This document shows, in pieces, positions 8,320 through 19,200 of a stretch of DNA of 39,269 nucleotides. The translations under genes and the position numbers were made by a program. This DNA comes from a virus (lineage: Duplodnaviria > Caudoviricetes), in IMG/VR virus record IMGVR_UViG_3300033076_000370, positions 1-39,269 of that record, one strand, 5' to 3'. The notes below the pieces were generated by a model, which did not search any database, had not been told where the DNA came from, and saw only the letters and a program-made list of their open reading frames with translations. Numbering within the stretch: the first letter of the stretch is position 1; each line of letters starts with the position of its first letter.

Positions 8320-9072
8320 ATGAGTCAAGAAGAAGTTATAGTAAAGAATTTTGAAAACCTTATTCAGGTTATTGAAACTCACATCTCCGAACCTAGGAGA
8401 AGTAAAATGGTTAAGTTATATAATGACTTAGCTGATAGAATGATGCTAGCTCCGGCTAGCTCTCATTCTACTAGACACAATTGTTATCCTGGTGGTTATG
8501 TTGATCACGTATTGCGTGTATGTGATGCTAGTATAGGTTTGTATGATGTGTGGCAAACAGTATTTAAAAGTCGTATGAATTCTTTCACAAAAGAAGAAAT
8601 GATTTTTGCAGCTATCAATCACGATTTAGGAAAGGTAGGAGATATGAATGAAGATTATTATATCCCTAACGATTCAGATTGGCACATTAAGCGCGGTCAA
8701 ATTTATAAAATCAATCCTAAATTAACTTTCATGAAAGTTCCAGATAGAAGTATTTTTACTTTGCAACAAGCTGGTATTGACTTTTCTGAAAATGAATATT
8801 TAGCGATTAAATTGCACGATGGACTGTATTCTAAAGGAAATGAATCGTATTTAATGGGCGGAGCTCCTGAGTTCTCCCTTAAAACTGAATTGCCAATTTT
8901 ACTACATCACGCTGACCATTTATCTACATTAGCTGAAGGAGCCTTAGCACACGCTAGTACCGCAGTTGCAGTACCTTCAGAAATTAAACCAGCTAGGACA
9001 AATTTATCTAAAATAAATGATCCTGTAGTGGATAACTCATTAAAATCTAAGTTTGACGAATTATTTGGATAA
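8320..9072 (+). CDS. HD-domain phosphohydrolase (YhaM-like HD motif set)
   Basis: PASS...HNCYPGGYVDHV, NHDLGK, IKLHDG, LHHAD; start moved to ATG 8320. Confidence 0.85.
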   Translation: MSQEEVIVKNFENLIQVIETHISEPRRSKMVKLYNDLADRMMLAPASSHSTRHNCYPGGYVDHVLRVCDASIGLYDVWQTVFKSRMNSFTKEEMIFAAINHDLGKVGDMNEDYYIPNDSDWHIKRGQIYKINPKLTFMKVPDRSIFTLQQAGIDFSENEYLAIKLHDGLYSKGNESYLMGGAPEFSLKTELPILLHHADHLSTLAEGALAHASTAVAVPSEIKPARTNLSKINDPVVDNSLKSKFDELFG

Positions 9073-9353
9073 TGATAACAATATTAATGATATTAGTAGT
9101 ACTCCTATTAGGAGTTAGCGTCTATACAAATTACAACCTTGTTAAACGTAATGAAGAATTAGAAGAGCAAGTCGATGCGTTGCAAGACGTTTTAGACGAA
9201 GTTAAAGATCAAGTAGTCGATATAAATGTACGATTAACTGAAATTGACATTCGTGGATCTTTTGAAGCTGATGATGAGGTTGGATTTGTGTTTACGGAAA
9301 TAAAAGAAATGGCAGCTGAATTAAGCAGCGTAATAAATGAAATGTATGAGTGA
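9072..9353 (+). CDS. TM-anchored coiled-coil protein
   Basis: N-terminal TM, heptads, GSFEADDEVGFVF. Confidence 0.75.
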   Translation: MITILMILVVLLLGVSVYTNYNLVKRNEELEEQVDALQDVLDEVKDQVVDINVRLTEIDIRGSFEADDEVGFVFTEIKEMAAELSSVINEMYE

Positions 9354-10122
9354 AGAAACAACAACACCAGTAAGTGAAGTAGTCGAAGTTAAACGACCAG
9401 GCAGAAAGCCTAAAGGAAAGCAATATTTTACTAAGGATACTGAAAATGCAATTATATTGTATAACAGTTTAGAAGACGAGCCAGAGCGAAATAGAATTTA
9501 TGATGCGGAGATTAAGTATGCATTTGATAAATTAGCTGAAAATATCATTCACACTTTTAAGTTTTATCATTTTGATATTCCATATGAAGATGTAAAGCAT
9601 GAAGTAGTTGCGTTCTTAAATGAAAAGATTCATAAATATCAGCCTGGTAAGGGAAAGGCATTTTCGTATTTTTCAATTATAGCTAAAAACTATTTGATTA
9701 TTCACAACAATACCAATTATAACAAATTTAAAAATACAGACGAAGTAGAAGCTATTGACGCTAGTCGTAATGTTATTAATGAAGTATTACGTGAGCAAGA
9801 GCAAGAAGAAATGCAAGAGTTCATGAACTTGTTTGTGCAATTTATGGACACTAATTTGGCTAATTTCTTTAAAAAGCATTCGGATATGAGTGTAGCTGAT
9901 TCTGTATTAGAGTTATTTCGTAACAGAGAGAATATAGAAAACTTCAATAAGAAAGCTTTGTATATTATGATACGCGATCGTACCGGAGTCAAGACGCAAT
10001 ACATTACCAGAGTTATTAATACTATGAAACGTATATACGAAGAAATGTATTATAACTATTTGCACACAGGAAATGCAACTGTTAGTATAGCCAAATTTAA
10101 AAAATCAGAATTTTTAGAGTAA
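9346..10122 (+). CDS. Putative phage late sigma factor (T4 gp55 / sigma-70 region 2-like)
   Basis: N-terminal KQYFT, EDVKHEVV, KYQPGKGKAFSYFSIIAKNYL resembles region 2.3-2.4; directly precedes the structural module. Confidence 0.7.
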   Translation: MSEETTTPVSEVVEVKRPGRKPKGKQYFTKDTENAIILYNSLEDEPERNRIYDAEIKYAFDKLAENIIHTFKFYHFDIPYEDVKHEVVAFLNEKIHKYQPGKGKAFSYFSIIAKNYLIIHNNTNYNKFKNTDEVEAIDASRNVINEVLREQEQEEMQEFMNLFVQFMDTNLANFFKKHSDMSVADSVLELFRNRENIENFNKKALYIMIRDRTGVKTQYITRVINTMKRIYEEMYYNYLHTGNATVSIAKFKKSEFLE

Positions 10123-10123
10123 G

Positions 10124-10131
10124 ATATTTAT
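10124..10131 (+). promoter_or_regulatory. Putative late promoter ATATTTAT
   Basis: Lies in a 16-nt intergenic gap, 15 nt before ATG 10139. Confidence 0.65.
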
Positions 10132-10138
10132 TTTAAAG

Positions 10139-10573
10139 ATGGAATTTGATATTGAGATATTTAAAGGCAAATCATTTGCCGATCTCATGAAAGATGTTTA
10201 CGACAACTCGAAGAAAAAGGATCGGCAAATAAACATGTTAATTGGCGAACTTCGCCCTTTAATTAAAAATGTCGGAGACGCTACCGTAATTGTACCTTTA
10301 ATTAAAGAGTATTTAGAAGTAGGCGTTAAAAATGATGAAGCTTTAGTAAAATTAGCCGCTGTTGTTCAACGGCTAATTTCTACAAATAATAGAGTTCAGG
10401 CAGAGACTGGTAATAGCTGGATGCTGTCTGAAGAAGAAAAGAAACAGTTGCTAGGTGAATTAGATTCAATCGCCGGTACTGAAAAAGCATTAAATGAAAA
10501 AGTTGTTGAATTATCTACTCAACAAAATCAAATAGAATCTACAATTAACGACATTCAAGACGGATTGGTATAA
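10139..10573 (+). CDS. Helical hypothetical late protein (144 aa)
   Basis: ORF after late motif; all-helical/coiled-coil character. Confidence 0.75.
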   Translation: MEFDIEIFKGKSFADLMKDVYDNSKKKDRQINMLIGELRPLIKNVGDATVIVPLIKEYLEVGVKNDEALVKLAAVVQRLISTNNRVQAETGNSWMLSEEEKKQLLGELDSIAGTEKALNEKVVELSTQQNQIESTINDIQDGLV

Positions 10574-11760
10574 TGGGAATAGGCTTTAATATACGAGGCA
10601 GCGAATCGACATTTGCACCTGCAGAGGTACTAGAAGTGTTATATTCTGGAACAACTCCTTCTGCAGTTGGTATGATTAAAGTAGGATTGTTAGATAGTGG
10701 AATATCCGCTGACACTCCAGAGTCCGATCAATCTATTACCGCTATACCATTAAATCGTAATATTAGAAGAATACCTATTGTAGGCGAGGTTGTATTGCTA
10801 CTTAAAGCACCAGGACCATACGTGTCTGGTCTAAGAGCTTCGTATGAATATTATTATATAGACATTGTATCATTACAATCCAGCGTGCATCATAATGGTA
10901 TTCCAACTGCGACAAAAGTTTCAACGGCATCTCAAGGATTAACTGGCAATGCCTCTGCATATTCAACTGCAACTGCTGGTATAACAGCTCAAAATGAAGA
11001 GCCTAAGTTAGATAAAAACTTTGCAGAGAATGAAAACGTTAAACCGTTACAACCTTATGTTGGCGACGTTTTAATTGAAGGTCGCTATGGCAATACAATA
11101 CGATTGAGCTCTACTCAAAAGTCAGGTAAATTTGCAAAAGATCCTAATTGGAGTAAAGGACAAGCAGGAGACCCGATATTAACAATACGAAATACTAAAC
11201 AAGTAAAATCTACGGGTCAAATTAACGACTATGTAACTGAAGACTTTACTAAAGACGATAACATTATATCTATGGCATCAGGTCAAGAGATAGTGTTTGA
11301 ACAAGCATCTAAGACGTTAGGAGCTAATAACAGTGTGAAGATTGACTCTTGGAAAAAAGATAATTGGGGCAAATCGCCTCAAATGCTAATATCATCAGGT
11401 CGATTAGTATTTAATAGTAGTCAAAAAGAAATTATAGCATTTGCTAAAAATGGAATTGGGTTAAGTTCAGATACTAGTATTGCATTAGACGCTAAAGATA
11501 CTATCGTACTTAATGGAGGTCAGAAAATATTATTAGGTACAAATGCAACAGAACCTTTAATATTAGGAAGAGCTTGGCAAACCTGGATGAATGGGCTTGT
11601 AAATGCATTAGGTGCTGTATTTGTATTTGATACTGTTACAAGTGCACCGACAACTCCATTAACTGCGTCGCCTGCATGGGCAGCGGTAGCAGCTCAATTA
11701 GGTCAAATACCAACTCTGTTAAGTGACTCTGTGTTCACTAAAAAGAAAACTACGCTTTAA
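10573..11760 (+). CDS. Baseplate hub/spike protein (gp5/gpV/VgrG-like)
   Basis: OB-fold-type IPIVGEVVLL, GDVLIEGRYGNTIRL, beta-repeat C-terminal region; close to gp25/gp6. Confidence 0.65.
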   Translation: MGIGFNIRGSESTFAPAEVLEVLYSGTTPSAVGMIKVGLLDSGISADTPESDQSITAIPLNRNIRRIPIVGEVVLLLKAPGPYVSGLRASYEYYYIDIVSLQSSVHHNGIPTATKVSTASQGLTGNASAYSTATAGITAQNEEPKLDKNFAENENVKPLQPYVGDVLIEGRYGNTIRLSSTQKSGKFAKDPNWSKGQAGDPILTIRNTKQVKSTGQINDYVTEDFTKDDNIISMASGQEIVFEQASKTLGANNSVKIDSWKKDNWGKSPQMLISSGRLVFNSSQKEIIAFAKNGIGLSSDTSIALDAKDTIVLNGGQKILLGTNATEPLILGRAWQTWMNGLVNALGAVFVFDTVTSAPTTPLTASPAWAAVAAQLGQIPTLLSDSVFTKKKTTL

Positions 11761-11780
11761 GCCGTATTTTTTTAATTTGA

Positions 11781-11788
11781 ATATTTAT
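11781..11788 (+). promoter_or_regulatory. Putative late promoter ATATTTAT
   Basis: 22 nt before ATG 11803. Confidence 0.65.
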
Positions 11789-11802
11789 TAAAAAGGCAAA
11801 CT

Positions 11803-12288
11803 ATGAATGCAAAGAACTTTATAGATGCTCTACGTAAAGTAATCAAAGAAGAAGTACGTAGTGCGGTACGAGAGGAATTTTTGAAAATGAATCTTAATGA
11901 ATCAGTTAAGCAGACAACAACTGCTAAACCTAAATTCGTTACTACAAATAATATACGTCAAAGCGAACATGCTGTGACTAAAAAGCCAGTTGCGAAAAAA
12001 CAATTATCTAAAAACCCAATGTTAAATGACATTCTTAATGAGACTGCTACATTTAGTGGAAGAGACTATGTAGATAATTATGCTATCGATTACAACGACT
12101 ATGATGAATGGCCAACTATGCAACATTCTATGCAAATGGGTAATCCTGCAGCGAGAATGATGCCAACGACTGATGCAGAAGGTCGTAGAGTAAATGTTGA
12201 AAATGTTCCAGACCACGTTGTTGACGCATTAACTAAAGATTATAGTGCGTTAATGAAGGCTATCGATAAGAAAAAAGGATTGGCATAA
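11803..12288 (+). CDS. Hypothetical late protein with LRKVIKEEVR motif
   Basis: ORF after late motif. Confidence 0.75.
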   Translation: MNAKNFIDALRKVIKEEVRSAVREEFLKMNLNESVKQTTTAKPKFVTTNNIRQSEHAVTKKPVAKKQLSKNPMLNDILNETATFSGRDYVDNYAIDYNDYDEWPTMQHSMQMGNPAARMMPTTDAEGRRVNVENVPDHVVDALTKDYSALMKAIDKKKGLA

Positions 12289-12291
12289 TAA

Positions 12292-12750
12292 ATGGCATAC
12301 GAAATAAAATACAATTCGCCAGTTAAAATTAATCCTGACATTGCTGTCGGTATTAAATTACCATTGGTAAGTGCAGGAGGTCGTTTATTTGATTTATCGT
12401 ATACTACAAACGATCAAATTCTTTCTAATTTAAAGAATTTAGTTTTAACAAGGAAAGGTGAACGTATAATGGAACCATTTTTTGGGACTGATGTATACGA
12501 TTCATTATTCAATAATATAACAGATGATGTATTAGCTAATATTAAAACGTCAATTGCATCTGCTATTGATTTTTGGATGCCATACGTTTCTATTAATAGC
12601 TTAACAGCAACTGCTGTGTTAGCTGAAGACAGCAAATCTCAAGCTACTGAGCATGGAGTTACTGTATCAATTGAAGTGTCAATTAATGGGCAGCGAATAA
12701 ATCAACCAGTTACGTTTTTACTTACTAGCAGTGCAAGACAAATTTTATAA
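12292..12750 (+). CDS. Baseplate wedge protein gp25-like (GPW/gp25)
   Basis: NLKNLVLTRKGERIMEPFFG, AIDFWMPYV. Confidence 0.9.
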   Translation: MAYEIKYNSPVKINPDIAVGIKLPLVSAGGRLFDLSYTTNDQILSNLKNLVLTRKGERIMEPFFGTDVYDSLFNNITDDVLANIKTSIASAIDFWMPYVSINSLTATAVLAEDSKSQATEHGVTVSIEVSINGQRINQPVTFLLTSSARQIL

Positions 12751-12757
12751 TTAAGAT

Positions 12758-14626
12758 ATGAATCAAAGTAAAAAAGAAGTAAGCTACTTAAATAAAGACT
12801 TTTCTGAGTTTCGCTCAAATTTAATTGAGTTTGCTAAAACTTACTTTCCAAATACATATAACGACTTCAACGAAGCTTCGCCAGGAACTATGATTATAGA
12901 AATGGCAGCTTACATAGGAGATGTATTGTCATTTTATACAGATGACCAATTAAAAGAAACTATGTTAGCATACGCTACAGATCGTTCAAATGTATTAGCC
13001 CTAGCGAGTAATATTGGATATAAACCAAAGAATAAAATTGCAGCTACTACTAAATTAGATATATTTCAATTGTTACCGGCAAAAACGGATGGCAGTGGAC
13101 AGCCAGTGCCAGATTGGGATTACGCTTTAACCGTACCAGCTGGTATGACAGTGCGAGCTGAAAATACAGAAGTTGAATTTAGAACTATCGATGCTGTTAA
13201 TTTTAGAGCTTCTAGTAGTTTTAATGCTACTGAAGTTTCTGTTTATGAAATTGATGGTACTAATAAACCAACGTATTATCTTTTAAAGAAGTCAGTAAAT
13301 GCTGTTGCAGGCACAATTAATACTGCAGAGTATTCGTTTACAACTGCTAGAAGATTTGATAAAGTTTTAATTAGTGATCCTAATATTATTGAAGTAGTTT
13401 CTATTACAGATTCAGATAATAATAGTTGGACTGAAGTGCCGTATTTAGCTCAAGACACAGTTTTTGAAGCAGTTGCAAATACAGCTCAAAATGATCCTGA
13501 ATTGTCTGCTTATAATACAGTCCCTTATCTTTTAAAATTAAAGAAAACTGCTAGAAGGTTTATTACTAAATTTCGCTCTAATGGTTATTTAGAAGTGCAG
13601 TTTGGAGCAGGGGTATCTGATAATCAAGATGAAGAAATAATTCCTAATCCTGACAATGTAGGATCAAGTTTAATTGGGTTGCAAATGCAATTCGATCATC
13701 CTATTGACCCTTCCAACTTCATGTATACAAAGGCTTATGGATTAGCTCCTTCAAATACAACATTAACAGTTAAATATACAACGGGAGGCGGAGTTGAATC
13801 TAACGTACCTTCATATACATTAAAAAACATTACGGGTATTACTTATGAAATTAATAATGAAGGATTAGACGCTACATTATTAAATCGAGTTAAATCGTCA
13901 GTAGCCTGTACCAACCCTGAAGCTGCTACGGGAGGAAAGTCTGCAGAGTCAATTGAAGATATTAGATTAAATGCAATGGCTCACTTTGCATCACAGCAAA
14001 GAGCAATGACAGCACAAGATTATGTAATTCGTGCATATTCTATGCCAGCTCGTTTTGGATCTATTGCAAAGGCATATGTTATTCAAGATTATCAAATAGA
14101 TTCTAATAACGAGCAAATTCCAAATCCATTGGCATTGAATTTATATACATTAGGATTGAATGCATCAGGAAACTTTGAACCGTTAAATAGAGCAGTAAAA
14201 GAAAATTTGCAAGTGTACTTAAATCAGTATAGAATGTTAACAGACGCTATTAATATTAAAGACGCGTTTATTATTAACATTGGAATACGTTTTGACATTG
14301 TAACTTTACCTCAATATAATTCAAATGAAGTATTGGTTAATTGTATTAATAAGTTAAAAGAATTATTTAGTAATAATAAAATGCAAATTAATCAGCCTAT
14401 TATGTTAAATAAAGTATACACTGAATTAGATAGAATTGAAGGAGTTCAAACAGTGTCTAATATTAAGGTTGTTAATTTGAGCGACTCTTCTAAAGGATAT
14501 TCTAGTAATGTATATGACATTGCTACTGCAACTAAAGATGGTGTAATTTATCCTTCATTAGATCCGTCAATATTTGAAATTAAATACGTTAATCAAGATA
14601 TTATTGGTAAGGTAGTATCATTATAA
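12758..14626 (+). CDS. Baseplate wedge protein gp6-like (baseplate J family)
   Basis: YLNKDFSEFRSNL, IEMAAYIGDVLSFY, VQFGAG, ATGGKSAESIEDIR, QQRAMTAQDY. Confidence 0.9.
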   Translation: MNQSKKEVSYLNKDFSEFRSNLIEFAKTYFPNTYNDFNEASPGTMIIEMAAYIGDVLSFYTDDQLKETMLAYATDRSNVLALASNIGYKPKNKIAATTKLDIFQLLPAKTDGSGQPVPDWDYALTVPAGMTVRAENTEVEFRTIDAVNFRASSSFNATEVSVYEIDGTNKPTYYLLKKSVNAVAGTINTAEYSFTTARRFDKVLISDPNIIEVVSITDSDNNSWTEVPYLAQDTVFEAVANTAQNDPELSAYNTVPYLLKLKKTARRFITKFRSNGYLEVQFGAGVSDNQDEEIIPNPDNVGSSLIGLQMQFDHPIDPSNFMYTKAYGLAPSNTTLTVKYTTGGGVESNVPSYTLKNITGITYEINNEGLDATLLNRVKSSVACTNPEAATGGKSAESIEDIRLNAMAHFASQQRAMTAQDYVIRAYSMPARFGSIAKAYVIQDYQIDSNNEQIPNPLALNLYTLGLNASGNFEPLNRAVKENLQVYLNQYRMLTDAINIKDAFIINIGIRFDIVTLPQYNSNEVLVNCINKLKELFSNNKMQINQPIMLNKVYTELDRIEGVQTVSNIKVVNLSDSSKGYSSNVYDIATATKDGVIYPSLDPSIFEIKYVNQDIIGKVVSL

Positions 14627-14635
14627 TTATAAACT

Positions 14636-15730
14636 ATGATTTGGTCAATATTTCCTACACAAGACGCAACTATATACGAAAAAGATCCTACTAGAAATAC
14701 AGGGTTAGATTCTATTTTAGAGTTAGCTAAAACGTCTGTAACTACTAGTAGCATTTACGAGACTAGATTCTTAATAAAATTTGATACTACAAAAATTCAA
14801 ACGTTATTGTCTGATGAAGGATTAAGTGTAGGGGGAAATTATACTGCTAGTTTATCATTTACTACCGCTACTGAATCTGAATTACCATTAACGTATTCAA
14901 TCGAAGCTGTAGCAGTAACTGGCAGTTGGTTAAATGGTACCGGTCGTAAAGATCATACATTGATAAATGATGGAGTTACTTGGTATTCTGCAAATGGAGG
15001 CGTGTTATCCGATAATTGGAATTTAACAGGATCAGGAACTCAAAAAGTATTTAATGAAGTGTCTGGAGGAGGTAATTGGATATCAGGAGCGTCTTATTAT
15101 ACCAGTCAATCATTTAGTTTTAAAGACACTAGTTCATTAACTTTAAATGTAACTTCTATTGTTAACAATTGGTTAAATGGTGTTACAAATGATGGATTTT
15201 TAGTTAAATTGAATAATACTCAATTGAATAGTAGCACTTATCCAGACGTTAAAATTCAATTCTACGGCTCTGATACAAATACGATCTATCAGCCAGTATT
15301 AAATATATCCTGGCCAGGTACTCAAGTATATGATACAGGATCTATGGCTGTAATAGCTAAGACAGATAACCCTGTTATATACACAAAATACTTCAAAGGA
15401 GAATTTATAAAAGACACTAAGGTAAGAATTTATTTAGGGGCTAGACCAATGTTTCCTAGACCTTCTTTCCAGCAAAATTCCATATTCAGTACTGAAATGG
15501 CACTACCGTTAGGATCTTATTATCAAATTAAAGATGCTCATAACGATGCTATTATAATACCATTTAGCAACAATACAAAAGTTAATGTTGATGCGAATGG
15601 AAACTATTTTGATTTATATACTACAATGTTATATCCAGAGCGTTTTTATAAATTTGAAATTAAATCTGCATTAAGTGGATTGACTGAATACTTTACTTCT
15701 AATGAATTTGTATTTAAAATTGTAAGATAA
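14636..15730 (+). CDS. Virion structural protein (DNRLRE-like beta-sandwich N-terminal domain)
   Basis: QDATIYE...NTG, LIKFD, NVTSIVNNW..NDGFLVK, PVLNISW; within the baseplate cluster. Confidence 0.6.
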   Translation: MIWSIFPTQDATIYEKDPTRNTGLDSILELAKTSVTTSSIYETRFLIKFDTTKIQTLLSDEGLSVGGNYTASLSFTTATESELPLTYSIEAVAVTGSWLNGTGRKDHTLINDGVTWYSANGGVLSDNWNLTGSGTQKVFNEVSGGGNWISGASYYTSQSFSFKDTSSLTLNVTSIVNNWLNGVTNDGFLVKLNNTQLNSSTYPDVKIQFYGSDTNTIYQPVLNISWPGTQVYDTGSMAVIAKTDNPVIYTKYFKGEFIKDTKVRIYLGARPMFPRPSFQQNSIFSTEMALPLGSYYQIKDAHNDAIIIPFSNNTKVNVDANGNYFDLYTTMLYPERFYKFEIKSALSGLTEYFTSNEFVFKIVR

Positions 15731-16185
15731 TGCCTAAGTTAACTAATTTAAGAATCTCCCCAAAGTCTAGAGGTTCGTATGAACTTCCAACACAAAATAA
15801 ATCTACTACACCAGCTCCTGTAAAATATGAGATTCTACCGTTTGACAGAGCTAAAATTTTATCCGGTGAGATTGATCCTAAATTAGTCAATCCTTATAAG
15901 TATGCAGAGTTTCCTAGAAACGCTTCAGGTCAAGTAACTATTGATTTAAATACTGATATTGAATTTAACAGATATATGATCAATTTGCAAATTAGCAAAT
16001 TTGAAGATGCTAAATTTAATGAAGTAATTGATATTGAGTTTGAAGAATTTTTACCTGCTCCAGTACCTGAGGCAGTGCCAACTGCAGTTTCTGCATTAAT
16101 AGACAGAGTATCAAGATTTAATAAAAATATTGCATCTAATATATCAAGTACAGGTGCTAGCCAAAAAGTAGTTATCAAACGTTAA
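15730..16185 (+). CDS. Hypothetical structural-module protein (151 aa)
   Basis: TAATG-coupled ORF. Confidence 0.7.
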   Translation: MPKLTNLRISPKSRGSYELPTQNKSTTPAPVKYEILPFDRAKILSGEIDPKLVNPYKYAEFPRNASGQVTIDLNTDIEFNRYMINLQISKFEDAKFNEVIDIEFEEFLPAPVPEAVPTAVSALIDRVSRFNKNIASNISSTGASQKVVIKR

Positions 16186-16200
16186 TTAATTAATTGTTTG

Positions 16201-16208
16201 ATATTTAT
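16201..16208 (+). promoter_or_regulatory. Putative late promoter ATATTTAT
   Basis: 19 nt before ATG 16220. Confidence 0.65.
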
Positions 16209-16219
16209 TAAAAAGTATA

Positions 16220-19200
16220 ATGTTAAAGACATATACCAATCAGCAGCAGATCTTAAATTCTTCAAAGGCTATTCAAGGTAGCCGGATTGAGACTACAGAT
16301 TTAAATTTATTACCTAGTAAACAATATTCAGTTACTCTTAAAACTGATAAAAGTATTACTGAAGTAACGCCTTTAAAATTGGAAATGCACGTCTATACAT
16401 TAGACGGTGTGTATTTAACTGGAGATCATTCCATTAACTATGAATTAGGCAGTAATAAAAGTGAACAATTTACTGCATTTAATCATTTATCTGTTAATGT
16501 ATTAGAAGAGTTGAATCGATTAGGCATTCAACGTGGACAATATAAAGTAGCATTTAACTTCTTAGATGAAATTTTAGGATTTTACGAAGGGCATAAATTA
16601 TGGATTAAAGAAATATCTCCTTCTAGAAGAGAAATGCGCTTACAGTTTTCTGAAACTAACAGCGTTACTATAGGAAAACAATTTGATCAATTTGTTAACA
16701 GATTAAATGTATTAGACAGAAATAAATTATTTGATTCGTTCGTTATTAACTTTGGTAATAATGAATTGTATCAAATTGTTAATGTACGAAGTCAAGAAGA
16801 TGAAAATGGATTCTTTGAGGTTGTAGTAAAATTATATCAGCCATTACCTGCTAAATATGGAGAAAAGCAACAGGTATGGATCTGTGAGGAAGTAATCGCT
16901 CCAACATTAGATACTATTAATTTAATTGCAAAGGTTGTATTACCTGAAGTAAATAAATTAGCAGGTCCTAATTTTGATTTAGAAGAAGTATCCGGTCAAA
17001 GTATCGCAACTGGTTATAAAAATTGGACTGATTTATTATCTTCTAATGTACAAACATCGCAACAACTTATAGACAGTTATTTTTCTGGAAGTTTATCAGG
17101 AGTTGATTTAAACATAAACTATAATGACTTTGAAAACTTTGTACATTATAGTAACGCTTCTGAAAGGATTCAAAACTTCTATTATAAGTTGCAATTAATT
17201 GAATCTTATACAGATAGAATTCAAATATTATTAAATACTAGTGGCTCTGAAACTGTAGTAAATTTAGATGACACTTACAGAAAACGTAATGCAGTTGTAA
17301 GTGGATTTGATGGATTTGAAAAGTATTTATTTTTTGAATCAACAGGTTCCAGAATATACACTCATTTAACTTCTAGTTATGATGTTCAGCCATGGCCAAA
17401 GCAAGCAGTTACTGGTCAAGGAGATGATCCGTATGAATATTTTTATACAAATGTAGCGTCTGATTCAGTATCAGGATTAGCCTATTATCGAGATTTATTA
17501 GAAGACGCTGCTATATATGATAAAAATAATATTCATTCTTTAATTAATACAGTTCCAGCGCATATATTAAATGATGAAACAAACGAAGAGTTTTCAACGT
17601 TTGTATATATGTTAGGTCAGCATTTTGATATACTTTGGTCTTACATTAAACATTTAACTGATATTAATGTTAGGGAAGAGCACCCGCAGGATGGTATGTC
17701 TCCGGATTTATTATATCACGTTGCTAAGTCTCAAGGATTTGAATTGTTAAACGGACGAAGTGCTCATGATTTATGGAAATATACTTTAGGTACCGATGCA
17801 TCGGGAAGTGTTGACATAACACAATCTTCAGAAAAAACTACAAAAGAGCTATGGAGACGTTTAGTTAACAACCTTCCATATATCTTAAAGTCTAAAGGTA
17901 CTGCTAGATCAATTAAAGCTTTATTAGCTAGCTACGGCATACCTTCGTCAGTATTAACAATTAAAGAATATGGCGGGCCTTCTACATTTACTGATGGCAG
18001 TCATTTCCCTCAATACATACACGATACCTATAAATATGCTTGGCTATCTAGCGGTTCATTAAGAATACCTTCAGGTACTTATAACAACGGATATGGCACT
18101 GCGGTAACGGCATCGGTATTAGAGTTTAGATTTAAAGCTGATAGCAATTATACATATAATGTTAATACTGATTATATAATTGCATCAACCGTAGCCAATA
18201 ATACTGGTTCATATGGACCATATGATTCAGCTATTACATTAAAAAGAGAATCTTTAGATAACGAAGACGCTACGTTATATTTTAAAATTTATAACAGTAG
18301 CGGAGTAGCAGTATCATCTAGTATAAGTAATTTAGATATTTTTGATGATGAGTGGCAAACAGTTGCGTTACAATATTCAGCCTCTACTGCATTTGATACT
18401 TATAAATTAAATGTAGTCAAATCTAAATACGGTAAAGCTGTATATCATTATTCTAGCAGCGTGTCAATGTCAGTTGCTAATAGACATAAGATACCATTAA
18501 CTCAAGATATAGCATTTAGTCAAGATACTGTTACGGCTGGAAAATGGTATGGACATTATCAAGAAGTTCGTTTGTGGTCAGGGTCATTAAATGACGCTTC
18601 AATTGAAGAGCATGCTCATTCTCCTAATACATATACATTTAATGTAGACAGATTAAAATTAATTTCAGGTAATGAAGCGTTAGATCCGTATTATCATTTA
18701 TTACAACGATTTACGTTATCTGATAATACTATATTCAGTGGTTCGTTTTATCAGAAGTCAGTTCATCCTAACCAAACGATTAATCTATCTAGATCAATTT
18801 ATTTTAATGGATATGCCACTTCAGCATCAATAACATTCGAACCGTTTGAAGAAACGTATTATACACCTTCTCCTTCATTAGGAGGAAGCAGTTTATATTC
18901 TGATAAAGTTAGAATTGAGTCTTCAAGCTTAACGCCTAACTTAATTTTAAGTAATAAGCGAAGAGCTGAGCAATCTAGCTTTGATAAATACTCTTTAGAC
19001 TCAAATAGGGTAGGAGTGTATTTTTCGCCTCAAAATTCTATCAATGAAGATATTTTCAACCAAGTAGGATATTATGAAATTGATGATTATATAGGAGACC
19101 CAGGTGACTTATATAACGATCGCTATGAAAACTTAGTTGAATTTTCTCAAGGATATTGGAAAAAGTATGAAAATAAAAATGACTTTGAAGCGTTTTTCAG

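Noticed and set aside
10139-10573. Terminase small subunit call
   Set aside because: Size and helical character are compatible, but there is no diagnostic motif and no terminase large subunit nearby.
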